Assembly: GCA_963799845.1 (NCBI GenBank)
Contig: CAWCYI010000007.1
Coordinates: 153,617-217,616, forward strand
Direction of reading: 5' to 3'
Length of the DNA: 64,000 bases
Origin: an uncultured Nitrososphaerota archaeon
Lineage (GTDB): Archaea; Thermoproteota; Nitrososphaeria; Nitrososphaerales; CADDZS01
Under the pieces are notes generated by a model, which saw only the letters and a list, made by a program, of their open reading frames with translations, ran no database searches and was not told where the DNA came from. A program made the translations under genes and the position numbers. The first letter of the stretch is position 1, and each line of letters begins with the position of its first letter. This document shows, in pieces, positions 11,197-21,729 of the stretch.

Positions 11197-11988
11197 ATGG
11201 AAGCAAAGATTTTGAATCTTGAAGGTCAGGAAGTAGAGTCGCTCAATCTTCCTTCTGTTTTTAGTACTCCTCTGAGGGAAGATGTTATCAATCGTGTTTT
11301 TGTCGCCTTGACTTCTCATAATAAGCAGCCGCAAGGAAGAGATCCTCTTGCTGGTGAGAGAACTTCAGCTGAATCAGGTCACCCACCCACGGGACGAGGG
11401 ATTTCAAGGATTCCCAGAGTGAAAGGCGAGAGATATTCAAAGTCAGGCATGGCGGGGGCTGTCGCTAGTACGGTTCACGGTAGGATGCCTCATCCTCCTA
11501 GGTCGGAGAAAGTTATCAGGAAGGAAATAAATGAAAAGGAAAGATATCTTGCCCTTGCCTCGGCGATAGCTGCGACTACAAATCAAGTGATAGTCGAGAA
11601 AAGAGGGCACAAATTTTCATCAATGCTTCCAATTATTGTTTCGAACGACTTTGAAAACATAGTCAAGGTCCGCGAACTCAAAAAGTTCTTTGTTACTGTC
11701 GGGGCGGACAAGGACTTGGAAAGAGCTAGCAACCGAAAAAAGAAAGTTACCAGTTCTCTTTCCAAGAGAGCGAGAAGCGGAGTAGGTCCGCTGCTGGTCG
11801 TCTCCAAGAACTCTAAATTGAGGGACATTGCGAAATCGGTTGAAGGGCTAACTGTTGCGATTAGTTCGAACTTGTCCGTTCTAGATCTTGCTCCCGGCTC
11901 AATCCCTGGAAGATTAACGATTTGGACTAAGGATTCGCTAGATGGAATATCGAAGAACGTATCGAATCTGAGTGGTAATTCATCTTGA
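11197..11988 (+). CDS. rpl4: 50S ribosomal protein L4
   Basis: TSAES...TGRGISRIPR; LAPGSIPGRLTIWT. Confidence 0.97.
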   Translation: MEAKILNLEGQEVESLNLPSVFSTPLREDVINRVFVALTSHNKQPQGRDPLAGERTSAESGHPPTGRGISRIPRVKGERYSKSGMAGAVASTVHGRMPHPPRSEKVIRKEINEKERYLALASAIAATTNQVIVEKRGHKFSSMLPIIVSNDFENIVKVRELKKFFVTVGADKDLERASNRKKKVTSSLSKRARSGVGPLLVVSKNSKLRDIAKSVEGLTVAISSNLSVLDLAPGSIPGRLTIWTKDSLDGISKNVSNLSGNSS

Positions 11989-12251
11989 ATCCCGAAGACG
12001 CCCTAAAAGTCGTATTTAGACCATACGTGACTGAAAAAACTTTCGACCTGATCGAAAGACAAAACAAGATATGTTTTCTGGTCGAGATCAAGTCGTCTAA
12101 GAAAAAGATCAAAAGTGCGATTGAGACTTTGTACCAAGTAAAGGTTGCCAGTGTCAACACTGCAATAACGATCGTAGGCAAGAAGGCGTTCGTTCGCCTC
12201 GCGCCTGAAAGCTCAGCGACAGATCTTGCGTCCAAACTAGGATTGGTGTAA
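11985..12251 (+). CDS. rpl23: 50S ribosomal protein L23
   Basis: PYVTEK, KKAFVRL; gene order. Confidence 0.96.
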   Translation: MNPEDALKVVFRPYVTEKTFDLIERQNKICFLVEIKSSKKKIKSAIETLYQVKVASVNTAITIVGKKAFVRLAPESSATDLASKLGLV

Positions 12252-12256
12252 AATGA

Positions 12257-12997
12257 ATGGGTAAGCGAATTTTAGTTAGACACCGGGGCAAGGGCGGTCT
12301 GCAATACAGATCTCCACAGGTAGGCAAGTTTGCAAAGGTGAGGTATCCGTTTGTCCCCGAAGGTCAGACTACTGAGATGAAGATATTGGATATCGTGCAT
12401 GAGCGAGGGAGGGCTTATCCGCTCGCTGAGCTTGATTATTCTGGAAAGAGGTTCTACATCCCTGCGGTTTCGGGCACTGTTGTCGGAACCCAAATTCAGA
12501 TAGGCCCTCTAGCCAGTGTTGAGTCAGGTAACATTCTTCCGCTAGCAAATATTCCAGAGGGAACCGCTATTTGCAACATTGAGAGGTACCTAGGCGACGG
12601 TGGTCGATTGGTTAGACAGGCAGGAGAATCAGCTGTACTTTTCGCAAATACCGCTCAGGGCTCTACAATAAGGATGCCATCTGGTCGGACTGCTTTTCTT
12701 TCTCCAAAATGCCGCGCTTCGATCGGCATAGTGAGCGGGGGGGGTCGAGTGGAGAAGCCATTCCTGCGCGCTGGTGCTAAATTCCACCTCATGAAGTCGA
12801 AAGGAAAGATGTATCCGAGAATGAGAGGAATCGCCATGGCTGCAGTTTATCATCCGTTTGGAGGAGGGAGGCACCAGCATCCAGGCAAGTCTACTTCAAC
12901 TTCACGAAATGCTCCACCGGGGAGAAAAGTTGGAAACATTGCTCCAAGGAAGACTGGAAGAAAGAGAATAGTTAGGGCTGAGGATAGACAGGAGTAG
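12257..12997 (+). CDS. rpl2: 50S ribosomal protein L2
   Basis: [15 protein letters not shown]; PPGRKVG. Confidence 0.97.
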   Translation: MGKRILVRHRGKGGLQYRSPQVGKFAKVRYPFVPEGQTTEMKILDIVHERGRAYPLAELDYSGKRFYIPAVSGTVVGTQIQIGPLASVESGNILPLANIPEGTAICNIERYLGDGGRLVRQAGESAVLFANTAQGSTIRMPSGRTAFLSPKCRASIGIVSGGGRVEKPFLRAGAKFHLMKSKGKMYPRMRGIAMAAVYHPFGGGRHQHPGKSTSTSRNAPPGRKVGNIAPRKTGRKRIVRAEDRQE

Positions 12998-13005
12998 ATT
13001 ATCTA

Positions 13006-13401
13006 ATGCCGAGAGAATTCAAGTACCGCGGATATTCTTTAGAGCAGTTGCAGGGGATGTCGTTCGAGTCGTTTCTGGGATTGCTTCCATCGCGACAGAG
13101 AAGATCTTTGAATAGAGGCATATCAGACGAGAAAAAGAAGTTAATTGAGGAGACTAGGCTCGCGAAAGATGGTAAGATCAAGAATCCTATCAGGACTCAT
13201 GCTAGGGACATGGTAATTCTTCCTTACATGGTGGGGTTGAGTATTCACGTTCACTCGGGGAAGGAGTTCGTTGCACTCGAAATTAAACCCGAAATGGTTG
13301 GCCGATATTTGGGAGAATTTGTGATCACCAACAAGAAAGTAGTACATGGCACTCCAGGCATTGGGGCATCAAGGTCGAGTCTATACGTGCCGCTAAAGTA
13401 A
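13006..13401 (+). CDS. rps19: 30S ribosomal protein S19
   Basis: [11 protein letters not shown]; YLGEF. Confidence 0.97.
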   Translation: MPREFKYRGYSLEQLQGMSFESFLGLLPSRQRRSLNRGISDEKKKLIEETRLAKDGKIKNPIRTHARDMVILPYMVGLSIHVHSGKEFVALEIKPEMVGRYLGEFVITNKKVVHGTPGIGASRSSLYVPLK

Positions 13402-13500
13402 AACGAGGGAATTGTAGATAGAACAGGTCCGTCAATGGTTTGTCACAGTAAGGTATTTATCCCATTCAATAGGAAGTTCCTTTTCTACCACAAGTGTTAG

Positions 13501-13968
13501 TTGCGATTGCCGCTTTTCAGGTATGCCTTTCAGAGTTATGACCCTCTTCAACACATTAAAGCTTCGGGAAGAGAGGTAGATGTTTCTCCGAAGACTGCTA
13601 GGGAGGTTTGTAAGGCGATAAAGGGAATGTTCCTAAGAGATGCGAAGGAGTACCTTGAAGCTGTAAAAGAAAAAGAGGCGGCAGTGCCTTTTAGGCGCTT
13701 CAAAAGGGGCGGAGCGCACAGGTCGGAAATTAATGGGTTTCATGCGGGAGGATACCCGATAAAGGCTGCATCGAAAGTCCTTGACGTTTTGAACAATCTA
13801 GAAGCGAATGCAGAGTTTAAGGGTCGTGATTTGGATCGAATGAAAATTATTCATGCTAGTGCTGCGAGGGGAAGAATTATTCGGGCCTACACTCCCCGGG
13901 CTCAGGGTAGGTCATCGCCTTCGTTCAACACTTTGGTTCATATTGAATTGGTAGCGACAGAGGCTTAG
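13501..13968 (+). CDS. rpl22: 50S ribosomal protein L22
   Basis: PRAQGRS, HIELV; gene order. Confidence 0.96.
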   Translation: MRLPLFRYAFQSYDPLQHIKASGREVDVSPKTAREVCKAIKGMFLRDAKEYLEAVKEKEAAVPFRRFKRGGAHRSEINGFHAGGYPIKAASKVLDVLNNLEANAEFKGRDLDRMKIIHASAARGRIIRAYTPRAQGRSSPSFNTLVHIELVATEA

Positions 13969-13972
13969 ATTC

Positions 13973-14746
13973 ATGTCAACTACAACAATAACGACAACGA
14001 AGAAAGTTCTCAACAAGTTTGAACGAAATGCGGAAATCGATGAGTTTTTGGAAAAATCTTTGACCGAAGCTGGTTATGGTGGTGTTGACATCACGACTTC
14101 CCCGGTGGGAACGAGAATCACCCTTTTCGTACAGAGACCTGGCCTAGTTATCGGGCGGAGAGGTATGGGGATTCGTGATTTAACTGAAAAACTGGAGAAA
14201 AAGTTCGGTCTTCCGAATCCTCAGATATCAGTGGTCGAAGAGGAAGTCCCAGAGCTCAATCCTAGAATAATGTGTTCTCGCATAGCGCAGACTGTTGTGC
14301 GTGGGACTGCGTTTAGGCGGGCTGCTTTATGGGCGATGAATTCAATGATGAACGCCGGCGCCCTGGGAGTTGAAATTACTATTTCCGGCAAGTTGAGGAG
14401 TGAGCGAGCTCACTTTGAAAAGTATGTGTCAGGAGTAGTGCCGAAAAGCGGCGAGACCGCTGACAGGATCGTCCGCAGAGCGACAACAGATGTTCTTCTT
14501 AAAATGGGATTGTACGGTGTGAAAGTGAATATTGCGATAAAGAACTCGATTGCTCCGGATGTTGAATTAATAGAGCCCACTGTGTCACCAATCGCTTCGG
14601 AATCGACTTCCGAGGAAAAACCAGCCGACCAGACGGCTCAGCAGGAGCAACTTCAGCAAAAGGAAGGTTCGGCCCCCAAATCCTCTCGACGAAGTTCGAC
14701 GAGCAAGAAGGAGTCAAAGAAAGGAAATGAAACGCCTCAAAACTGA
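13973..14746 (+). CDS. rps3: 30S ribosomal protein S3
   Basis: KH domain RPGLVIGRRG; ISGKLRSERA. Confidence 0.97.
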   Translation: MSTTTITTTKKVLNKFERNAEIDEFLEKSLTEAGYGGVDITTSPVGTRITLFVQRPGLVIGRRGMGIRDLTEKLEKKFGLPNPQISVVEEEVPELNPRIMCSRIAQTVVRGTAFRRAALWAMNSMMNAGALGVEITISGKLRSERAHFEKYVSGVVPKSGETADRIVRRATTDVLLKMGLYGVKVNIAIKNSIAPDVELIEPTVSPIASESTSEEKPADQTAQQEQLQQKEGSAPKSSRRSSTSKKESKKGNETPQN

Positions 14747-14981
14747 AGAGTTATCCAAACTATCAGATTCAGATCTGGTAAAACGTCTTAATGATTTGAG
14801 ATCTGAGCTCTCCAGACTAAGGTCCAGTGCGGCCCGCGGTACTCTGAAGAAGGAGCTAGGAGAAATTAAGACTGTACGTAGAAACATTGCCAGGATTCTC
14901 ACCGCGATGAACGCTAAGAAGTCGGCTCTCAAGATTGTGACTACTAAGAGAGCCACTCCTACAGTGGCGGAGAAAAGCTAG
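14727..14981 (+). CDS. rpl29: 50S ribosomal protein L29
   Basis: IKTVRRNIARILT. Confidence 0.95.
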   Translation: MKRLKTEELSKLSDSDLVKRLNDLRSELSRLRSSAARGTLKKELGEIKTVRRNIARILTAMNAKKSALKIVTTKRATPTVAEKS

Positions 14982-15005
14982 TTCCGAAAATCTAGGTGAA
15001 TTGAT

Positions 15006-15254
15006 TTGTATTCAGGAATGCTAATCGGAAGGGAAATAGAAGTGTTGGCTTCTCGAGACAAGACTATGCTAAAGTTGAGAGGTCTGGTTGTTAACGAGAC
15101 GAAGAACTTGCTAGTTGTGATGACTCCGGAAGAGAGACAAGTGAATATCCCAAAGTCGATCGTGACTATCGGTATCTCGTCCAAGAATTCTGAAAAGCTG
15201 ATAATCGAAGGCTCAAAGTTGGTCGGAACTCCGGCTGATAGGATAAAGGGTTAG
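15006..15254 (+). CDS. rnp1: RNase P protein component 1 (Rpp29/Pop4)
   Basis: LIG...GLVVNETKN...IPK...IEGSKLVGTPADRIK; position between rpl29 and rps17. Confidence 0.9.
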   Translation: MYSGMLIGREIEVLASRDKTMLKLRGLVVNETKNLLVVMTPEERQVNIPKSIVTIGISSKNSEKLIIEGSKLVGTPADRIKG

Positions 15255-15263
15255 AGCAATAAA

Positions 15264-15623
15264 ATGTCAGAAGCAAGGAGCATTGGTCTCGCTGTGAAGC
15301 CGCCGGCCAGGCCGTGCGAAGATCCGAACTGTCCATTCCACGGTACTCTGCGAATCAGGGGGAAGCTCTTGACCGGAAAAGTTGTTAGCGTCTCAGCGAA
15401 GAACATGGCTGTGGTTCAGAGAGAGTCAACTCAGTTTAACAAAAAGTACCTGCGATATTTGAAAAAGAGACACAAGCTTCACGCACATCTTTCTCCCTGC
15501 CTTGATCTCAAACCCGGCGACACGGCGACAGTTGCGGAGTGTAGGCCCGTCTCTAAGACAGTTTCGTTTGTCGTCGTAGATCGCATTAGTGCGGGAACTT
15601 CAACTTCGGCGGGCGCAAAGTAG
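15264..15623 (+). CDS. rps17: 30S ribosomal protein S17
   Basis: CEDPNCPFHG; ECRPVSKT. Confidence 0.97.
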   Translation: MSEARSIGLAVKPPARPCEDPNCPFHGTLRIRGKLLTGKVVSVSAKNMAVVQRESTQFNKKYLRYLKKRHKLHAHLSPCLDLKPGDTATVAECRPVSKTVSFVVVDRISAGTSTSAGAK

Positions 15624-15639
15624 GGAGACCTGATTTAGA

Positions 15640-16074
15640 TTGTCGACGAAATCAAGAGCAGTCTCAGCGAAGGGCGTTTCCGAATTCAAACTGTACATTA
15701 CAAGATCAATCCCGAATAATGCGATTATCACTTGTGCGGATAACACTGGAGCGAAGACTCTGCGCGTAGTAAACGTGACCCGCTATCACGGTAGATGGGG
15801 CCGGATTCCATCGGCGTCAGTCGGAGACCACATTACGGTTGTTGTAAAGCGCGGCCCTCCTGAGCTTAGAAAACAAACATTCGGAGCTGTGATCATTCGA
15901 CAAAAGTATCCGGTGAGGAGGGTCAGTGGCCAGCGGATCATGTTTGAGGACAATGCAGCGGTGATAATTACTCCTGAGGGAGATCTGAAAGGAACCGACA
16001 TCAAAGGTCCGGTCGCCGCCGAGGCCGCAGAGAGATGGCCGAGAATCGCTAACCTTGCAACAATGATTGTTTAA
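15640..16074 (+). CDS. rpl14: 50S ribosomal protein L14
   Basis: CADNTGAK; FEDNAAV. Confidence 0.97.
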   Translation: MSTKSRAVSAKGVSEFKLYITRSIPNNAIITCADNTGAKTLRVVNVTRYHGRWGRIPSASVGDHITVVVKRGPPELRKQTFGAVIIRQKYPVRRVSGQRIMFEDNAAVIITPEGDLKGTDIKGPVAAEAAERWPRIANLATMIV

Positions 16075-16088
16075 GAACGGGATTTGGA

Positions 16089-16460
16089 TTGAAAATTTCA
16101 GAAAAGTCGTCAAAGCCCGAAAAAGTAAGAAAGGCAACGGCCAACAGCCCGATCCGGGAAAAAGGATTGAAATTTGGGAGAGCTTCGCTTTCTTCCGATC
16201 TTAAAACGAAATACACGACCAACTCTGTTCGTGTCAGACCGGGTGATAATGTGAAACTTGTTAGGGGAGAGTATGCGGGTGTTGAAGGAAAAATTCAGAA
16301 GGTCTTTCCCCAAGAGGGCAGAATTACCGTGGAGGGGGTTACACGAGAAAAGATAGCAGGTGGAACAACACCGCTTAGAATCCATACTTCGAACGTTGTT
16401 GTTACTGGATTGAATTTAGAAGACAAGCTCCGAAGACAGAAGCTGGAAGGAACTTCCTGA
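16089..16460 (+). CDS. rpl24: 50S ribosomal protein L24
   Basis: KOW motif GDNVKLVRG; IHTSNVVV. Confidence 0.95.
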   Translation: MKISEKSSKPEKVRKATANSPIREKGLKFGRASLSSDLKTKYTTNSVRVRPGDNVKLVRGEYAGVEGKIQKVFPQEGRITVEGVTREKIAGGTTPLRIHTSNVVVTGLNLEDKLRRQKLEGTS

Positions 16461-16482
16461 TTTTTATTGGAGGACGATTCAA

Positions 16483-17220
16483 ATGGCAAAAAAGAGTGGT
16501 AGTCTGAAAGCGAAAAGGTCTGCAACACCAGCTTTCTGGCAAATCTCCAGAAAAGACAAGAGGTTTGTTGTTAGGACTTCACCGGGACCTCATCCCAAGA
16601 GCTACAGTTATCCTTTGCTTGTCGTTTTGAGAGACGTCTTGCGTCTTGCGAGAACGCGCAGAGAAGCTCTTTCTGTTTTGAATGCAGGAAGGATCAACGT
16701 CGACGGAAGAGTTGTCAAAGCAGAAGCTTTCCCAATCGGTCTCATGGATGTAATTGATCTTCCGGATGTCGGGAGGTCGTTCAGGATGGTACCACATTAC
16801 GGAAGGCTAGTCCCAGTCGAGATTAGTGCGAAAGAGAAAGAGCTGAAACTCTGCATAGTGAAATCAAAGAAATCCGTCAGTGCGACGAAAACCAGCTATG
16901 GTTTGCATGACGGACGCGTGATCTTCCCAGAAGCCGAAGTCGACATAAAGCCAGGTGATTCGTGCATAATTAAGGTTCCAAAACAGGAATTTCAGGGAAG
17001 CTTTAGATTGGCGAAAGGGGGTCTTGCTCTCTTGATCAAAGGCGAAAGATCGGGCGAGGTTGCAGCGATAGAGGACGTGAAACTTGGGACCTATTCGAGA
17101 GGCTCTATCGCAACGGTGAGATTTGCCGATGGGACATCGTCGGAGCTTCCCGCGTCTGTCCTTCTCCCATTAGGAAAGCAAATTCCTGAGATTACACTTA
17201 CAAAATCGTCGGCATCATGA
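16483..17220 (+). CDS. rps4e: 30S ribosomal protein S4e
   Basis: PGPH; FPIGLMDVI; LHDGR. Confidence 0.96.
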   Translation: MAKKSGSLKAKRSATPAFWQISRKDKRFVVRTSPGPHPKSYSYPLLVVLRDVLRLARTRREALSVLNAGRINVDGRVVKAEAFPIGLMDVIDLPDVGRSFRMVPHYGRLVPVEISAKEKELKLCIVKSKKSVSATKTSYGLHDGRVIFPEAEVDIKPGDSCIIKVPKQEFQGSFRLAKGGLALLIKGERSGEVAAIEDVKLGTYSRGSIATVRFADGTSSELPASVLLPLGKQIPEITLTKSSAS

Positions 17221-17241
17221 ATTAGGACAATTTGATTTTCA

Positions 17242-17784
17242 ATGAGTACGACAACAATCCAAGAACAGGATTCAAAAGATCTCGACGCCCGGAGCGTAAG
17301 AATCGGAAAGGTCGTTATCAATATCGGTGTGGGCCGGTCTGGAGAGGCAATAGAGCGTGCAAGACGCGTAATCGAAGATCTAGTTCATCAAAAAGCGAGC
17401 TCCAGGAAGGCAAAGAAATCGATCAGAGATTTCGGAGTCCACAAGGGTGAGCCGATAGGAATGATGGTAACGATCCGTGGAAAGAGGGCTCCAGAAGTTT
17501 TGAAACTGTTGCTGCAGGGCAGAGAAAACAGAATTCCGTCCTCTGCATTTGATGATTTCGGAAACTGTTCGTTTGGAATAAAGGAGCACATCGAGATCCC
17601 GGGAGTACGTTACAGTCCAGACATTGGGATTTTCGGCATGAATGTTTCGGCAGTCTTGGAGAGAGCAGGCTACCGGGTTGCCAGGCGAAACAGGTCCCCG
17701 GGCAAAGTCGGGAAAAAGCATCGTGTTGGAAGAGAAGAAGCTCTCGAATATTTCAAAAGAAATTTCGGGGTTGAGGTTGTCTAG
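17242..17784 (+). CDS. rpl5: 50S ribosomal protein L5
   Basis: KVVINIGVG; FGIKEHI; IGIFGM. Confidence 0.97.
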   Translation: MSTTTIQEQDSKDLDARSVRIGKVVINIGVGRSGEAIERARRVIEDLVHQKASSRKAKKSIRDFGVHKGEPIGMMVTIRGKRAPEVLKLLLQGRENRIPSSAFDDFGNCSFGIKEHIEIPGVRYSPDIGIFGMNVSAVLERAGYRVARRNRSPGKVGKKHRVGREEALEYFKRNFGVEVV

Positions 17785-17949
17785 TTGCCTAAAGAACGAC
17801 ATGGAAAACCGCGCAAGTTTGGTAAGGGTTCTAGGTACTGCAGACGATGCGGTCAATATGGTGCTTTGATCCAAAAATATGATTTGATGTTATGCCGACA
17901 ATGTTTCAGGGAAGTTGCCCCGAAGTTGGGTTTCAAGAAATTCGAGTAA
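17785..17949 (+). CDS. rps14: 30S ribosomal protein S14 (Zn-binding)
   Basis: Manual translation, 54 aa (below ORF cutoff): [23 protein letters not shown]...[19 protein letters not shown]. Confidence 0.96.
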   Translation: MPKERHGKPRKFGKGSRYCRRCGQYGALIQKYDLMLCRQCFREVAPKLGFKKFE

Positions 17950-17968
17950 AATGAAAGGGAATTAAGAA

Positions 17969-18361
17969 TTGCCAGCAAATAATGTCTTAGGAAATCTCTT
18001 TGCAACGATATACAACAATGAGATCAGAAACAAGAAGGAATGTCTTGCGATACCAGCCTCAAAACTTGCGACTGCTGTTTTACGATCAATGTCCAAAAAC
18101 AAGTACATCGGTGAGTTCGAGCTAATTGATGATGGTATCGCGGGTAAGTTCAAGATCCAGCTCTTGGGAAGGATCAATCGTTGCGGAGTCATTTCTCCGA
18201 GATACAGTGTAAGCAAGTCAGGATACACTCGCTGGGAAAGACAATTTCTTCCAGCTTTCGGGGTAGGAATTCTGATCGTGTCTACTCCGGCTGGAGTAAT
18301 GTCGCACACCGAAGCACAAGAAAAAGGATTGGGCGGGAGATTGGTTGGTTATGTCTACTAA
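17969..18361 (+). CDS. rps8: 30S ribosomal protein S8
   Basis: INRCGVISPR; STPAGVMSH; GGRLVGYVY. Confidence 0.97.
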   Translation: MPANNVLGNLFATIYNNEIRNKKECLAIPASKLATAVLRSMSKNKYIGEFELIDDGIAGKFKIQLLGRINRCGVISPRYSVSKSGYTRWERQFLPAFGVGILIVSTPAGVMSHTEAQEKGLGGRLVGYVY

Positions 18362-18923
18362 GAGCGAAGAAAAGTTAGTCTCTAAGAAATCTCAAAACCT
18401 CGACTTATCAGTCGAGCTTCCGGCGGGAGTTAGTGCCAAATATGCTGAAGGTCAGATCACGATCGTGGGCCCTCTCGGCAAAGTATCACAAGATTTCTCA
18501 AAAATCCCTCTAGATCTTGAGATCAAAGGGAATGAAGTCAATATTCTTACTCATGGGGCGAGACGGAAAAACAGGTCAATACTCAATACCGCGAAGTCTC
18601 TTGTCCACAATGCTGTAGAGGGAGTAACAAAAGGGTATGAGTACAAGCTAAAGGTAATTTATGCACACTTTCCGGTCACTGTCAAAGTTCAGGGGAAGAG
18701 GATTCTCGTGGAGAATTTTTACGGTGAAAGATCTCCTCGCATTGCTCAAATTATTGGTGATACGAAGGCCGAAGTTCAAGGTGAGGATATTATTTTACAG
18801 GGTGTATCGATTCAGGATGTTGGTCAAACGGCCGCAAATTTAGAGCAGGCGACGACCGTGAGACGAAAGGATCAGAGAGTTTTCTTAGACGGAGTTTATG
18901 TCTATGAGCGAATTAGAAAGTAG
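18345..18923 (+). CDS. rpl6: 50S ribosomal protein L6
   Basis: YAHFP; NFYGE; DQRVFLDGVY (true start may be 18351). Confidence 0.96.
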   Translation: MVMSTKSEEKLVSKKSQNLDLSVELPAGVSAKYAEGQITIVGPLGKVSQDFSKIPLDLEIKGNEVNILTHGARRKNRSILNTAKSLVHNAVEGVTKGYEYKLKVIYAHFPVTVKVQGKRILVENFYGERSPRIAQIIGDTKAEVQGEDIILQGVSIQDVGQTAANLEQATTVRRKDQRVFLDGVYVYERIRK

Positions 18924-19419
18924 AAAGAGAAATTCAACGCGTCTCGGCAATAGGCGAGATCTTGAAAAGATGCTTGAAGTTAGGCGTAAGATTAAGGAAA
19001 GAACTCCTTATTTTAGGAGATTTGAATCGTGGCGTTACGCTAGAATCGACTATCCTTGGAGGAAGCCAAAGGGAGTAGACAATCATCAACGACTTTCGGT
19101 TAAGGGATGGCCTCACCTCGTTAAGATTGGATATCGGGTTCCGAAGGAAGTTCGATACCTACATCCATCTGGATATCGTGATATTTTGATTCACAACGTG
19201 AAAGAACTCGAAGCCTTGTTGCCAGACACGGATGCAGCTAGATTTGCGGCGGGAGTGGGGAAGAGGAAACGTATCGAACTCGCAACTCGTGCTAAAGAAC
19301 TCGGCATTAGAGTCCTAAACGGCCGAAACCTTCTATCCGGACGAAAGTCGGAAGATGAAGATGAAACGGAGAAGAAGGATGAATCTAAGGACAAAAAGAA
19401 GTCAAAGAGGAAGAAGTAA
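18898..19419 (+). CDS. rpl32e: 50S ribosomal protein L32e
   Basis: WRKPKGVDN; LHPSG. Confidence 0.96.
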   Translation: MSMSELESRKRNSTRLGNRRDLEKMLEVRRKIKERTPYFRRFESWRYARIDYPWRKPKGVDNHQRLSVKGWPHLVKIGYRVPKEVRYLHPSGYRDILIHNVKELEALLPDTDAARFAAGVGKRKRIELATRAKELGIRVLNGRNLLSGRKSEDEDETEKKDESKDKKKSKRKK

Positions 19420-19433
19420 GGCGAGTTTAGTTT

Positions 19434-19877
19434 TTGGCAGACTTAAGTAGCAAGAAGCGACTAGTCTCGGAGCTTCTGGGTGTTGGCAAATCTCGTGTAA
19501 GACTCGATCCCGATGTTACCGATCAATTGCAAGATTCTATCACGAGAGAAAGTATTCGAGGATGGCTATCGGCAGGAGTAATCTGGGTAGAGCCGAAGAA
19601 AGGGAATTCACGTGGACGGTTCCGCACTCGTCGGTTAAAAAGAAAGAAACGGGGACTTGGGCAGGGATCGAAAAAAGGAGCCCAGGGTGCGAGAGTCGGG
19701 AAAAAGAGCCTTTGGGTAGCAAGAGTTAGAATGCTTCGGCGAATATTGAAAACAAAAAGGGATAGAGGGGAAATCACAAATCATGATTTCAAATCTCTTT
19801 ACCTTCAAGTAAAAGGCGCACAAATTAGGACGAGAAAGAGATTGGATGAAGAGTTAGCGAAGGTTCAGAGAAGGTAG
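19434..19877 (+). CDS. rpl19e: 50S ribosomal protein L19e
   Basis: GQGSKKG; WVARVRMLRR. Confidence 0.96.
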   Translation: MADLSSKKRLVSELLGVGKSRVRLDPDVTDQLQDSITRESIRGWLSAGVIWVEPKKGNSRGRFRTRRLKRKKRGLGQGSKKGAQGARVGKKSLWVARVRMLRRILKTKRDRGEITNHDFKSLYLQVKGAQIRTRKRLDEELAKVQRR

Positions 19878-19882
19878 AGAAA

Positions 19883-20476
19883 ATGCCTGCAAACCATTAC
19901 GTTCACATTTTCCGAAGAAGAAGAGAGGGAAAGACGGATTACAGAAAGAGGAAGGGAATAATTTTGGGTAAATCACCCTTCGTTTCTATCCACATATCGG
20001 GGAGATATATCTATTCTCAGATCCTGAGACCAACTCCGAGTGGTGACACGACTTTAGCGGCCGCATCATCTCGTGATCTTGTGAGAAAATTTGGCTGGAA
20101 AGGATCTACGAAGAATTTGCCTGGAGCATATCTTACCGGTTACTATTTGGGACATCTTGCCGGAGAACGAAATGTGAAAAATGCCATAGTATATTCGGGG
20201 GTTGGGAGATTTGTCCATGGGTCTCGAATCGCGTCGGTAATAAATGGTGCGAGGGATGCGGGTCTCGAAATAGAAGTCGACGAAGAGATACTCCCGGTGG
20301 AATCGCGCCTGACGGGTAAACATATCGCGGACTATGCTAAGAAACTCGAGAAAGATGACAAGGTCAAGCTCGATAAGTTGTTCTCCAAAGCCCGATCTTC
20401 GGGATTGAATCTGTCTGAATACCCTTCGCATTTTGAAAGCGTCAAAGCAAAGATTGCGAATGGAGAAATCAATTAA
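19883..20476 (+). CDS. rpl18: 50S ribosomal protein L18
   Basis: RRRREGKTDY; NLPGAYLTG. Confidence 0.96.
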   Translation: MPANHYVHIFRRRREGKTDYRKRKGIILGKSPFVSIHISGRYIYSQILRPTPSGDTTLAAASSRDLVRKFGWKGSTKNLPGAYLTGYYLGHLAGERNVKNAIVYSGVGRFVHGSRIASVINGARDAGLEIEVDEEILPVESRLTGKHIADYAKKLEKDDKVKLDKLFSKARSSGLNLSEYPSHFESVKAKIANGEIN

Positions 20477-20493
20477 CAAAAAAGAAGGTTAGA

Positions 20494-21189
20494 ATGATGG
20501 CACAAGATTCAGGTAATGCGGCTCAAGTTGAAAGCCCATCCGCTCCTCGACCACCGCCGCAGAGGGAAGAAAGAAGGCGTGAAAGAGAGCAAGCTCCGTG
20601 GGTTCCAAAGACAAGGCTTGGTGAGCTGGTCGCGACAGGGAAAATAACTTCTCTTGAAGAAATTTTCGAATCGGGTCAGAGGATAAAAGAGTCCGAGATT
20701 GTAAAGAAGCTGCTGCCTGATATAAAGTCAAATGTGGTTAGTGTCGGAATCGTCCAAAAGCAGACTGATGCGGGGGAAATCACAAAGTTCGCGGCAGTGG
20801 TTGCAGTTGGTAACGAAGCCGGATGGTTTGGAGTCGGTAGAGGTAAAGCGGTCCAAATGAGGAGTGCGATCGACAAAGCTACTAGCGATGCCTATCTCAA
20901 TATCATTCCTGTTAAACTTGGATGCGGAAGTTGGGAGTGCCGAGATGGGCGACCTCATTCAGTACCTTACAGGATTACTGGTAAAGGCGGAAGCGTTCGC
21001 GTCGAAATTATTCCTGCGCCAAGGGGTCTAGGTCTTGTTGCGGGAGAAACGGTACGAAATCTGCTGGCTCTTGCAGGGGTAAAAGACGCTTGGACCCGAA
21101 CTTATGGTTCAACCAATACGATGTCGTCGATTGCGAATGCTGTGTATGATGCCCTTAAGAGAATCCACGGCATAAGCGTAATCAGGTAG
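20494..21189 (+). CDS. rps5: 30S ribosomal protein S5
   Basis: WVPKTRLG; QKQTDAG; PAPRGLGL. Confidence 0.97.
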   Translation: MMAQDSGNAAQVESPSAPRPPPQREERRREREQAPWVPKTRLGELVATGKITSLEEIFESGQRIKESEIVKKLLPDIKSNVVSVGIVQKQTDAGEITKFAAVVAVGNEAGWFGVGRGKAVQMRSAIDKATSDAYLNIIPVKLGCGSWECRDGRPHSVPYRITGKGGSVRVEIIPAPRGLGLVAGETVRNLLALAGVKDAWTRTYGSTNTMSSIANAVYDALKRIHGISVIR

Positions 21190-21195
21190 ATTGCG

Positions 21196-21705
21196 ATGAG
21201 TTCAAGTAAAGCTGCGATGTCGACATCCTCGGAAAATGCTCAGATGGGAAGCCTTCTCGTTGTCAATTTGCGCGGTTTAGTTAATACGAGAGCACCGGTC
21301 AGGACGACTCTCGATCAACTAAGGGTTGGAAGGAGATTTAATGCGACGATTGTCCCCGATGATAACGTCCATCGTGGCATGCTAAATCTTGCAAAGGAAC
21401 ATGTTGCCTGGTGCAAGTTGGACGCTGAAATTGCAGAGAAGCTCCTTAAGGCAAGATCTGAGAAATCCACTGGAACAAGAGTCTCTGAGGCTGAGCTAGG
21501 CAAAGATCACTCCTCTTTTGGCGAGATTGCGAAAGGGTTAGAAAACGGGAGCTTAAAATTGAAGTCAATTGCAGAAATAAGACCGTTCTTCCGGTTGAGC
21601 CCCCCAAGAGGGGGTTTCAAGCGATCGATTCGGCGGCAGTATAGGGATGGAGGTATCTTAGGTCCTAATGAAGACCTCCCGAAAATCGTCGAAAAAATGC
21701 TGTGA
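21196..21705 (+). CDS. rpl30: 50S ribosomal protein L30
   Basis: FRLSPPRGGF; gene order. Confidence 0.94.
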   Translation: MSSSKAAMSTSSENAQMGSLLVVNLRGLVNTRAPVRTTLDQLRVGRRFNATIVPDDNVHRGMLNLAKEHVAWCKLDAEIAEKLLKARSEKSTGTRVSEAELGKDHSSFGEIAKGLENGSLKLKSIAEIRPFFRLSPPRGGFKRSIRRQYRDGGILGPNEDLPKIVEKML

Positions 21706-21729
21706 AAACCAAAAAAGTGAAATGCGCAA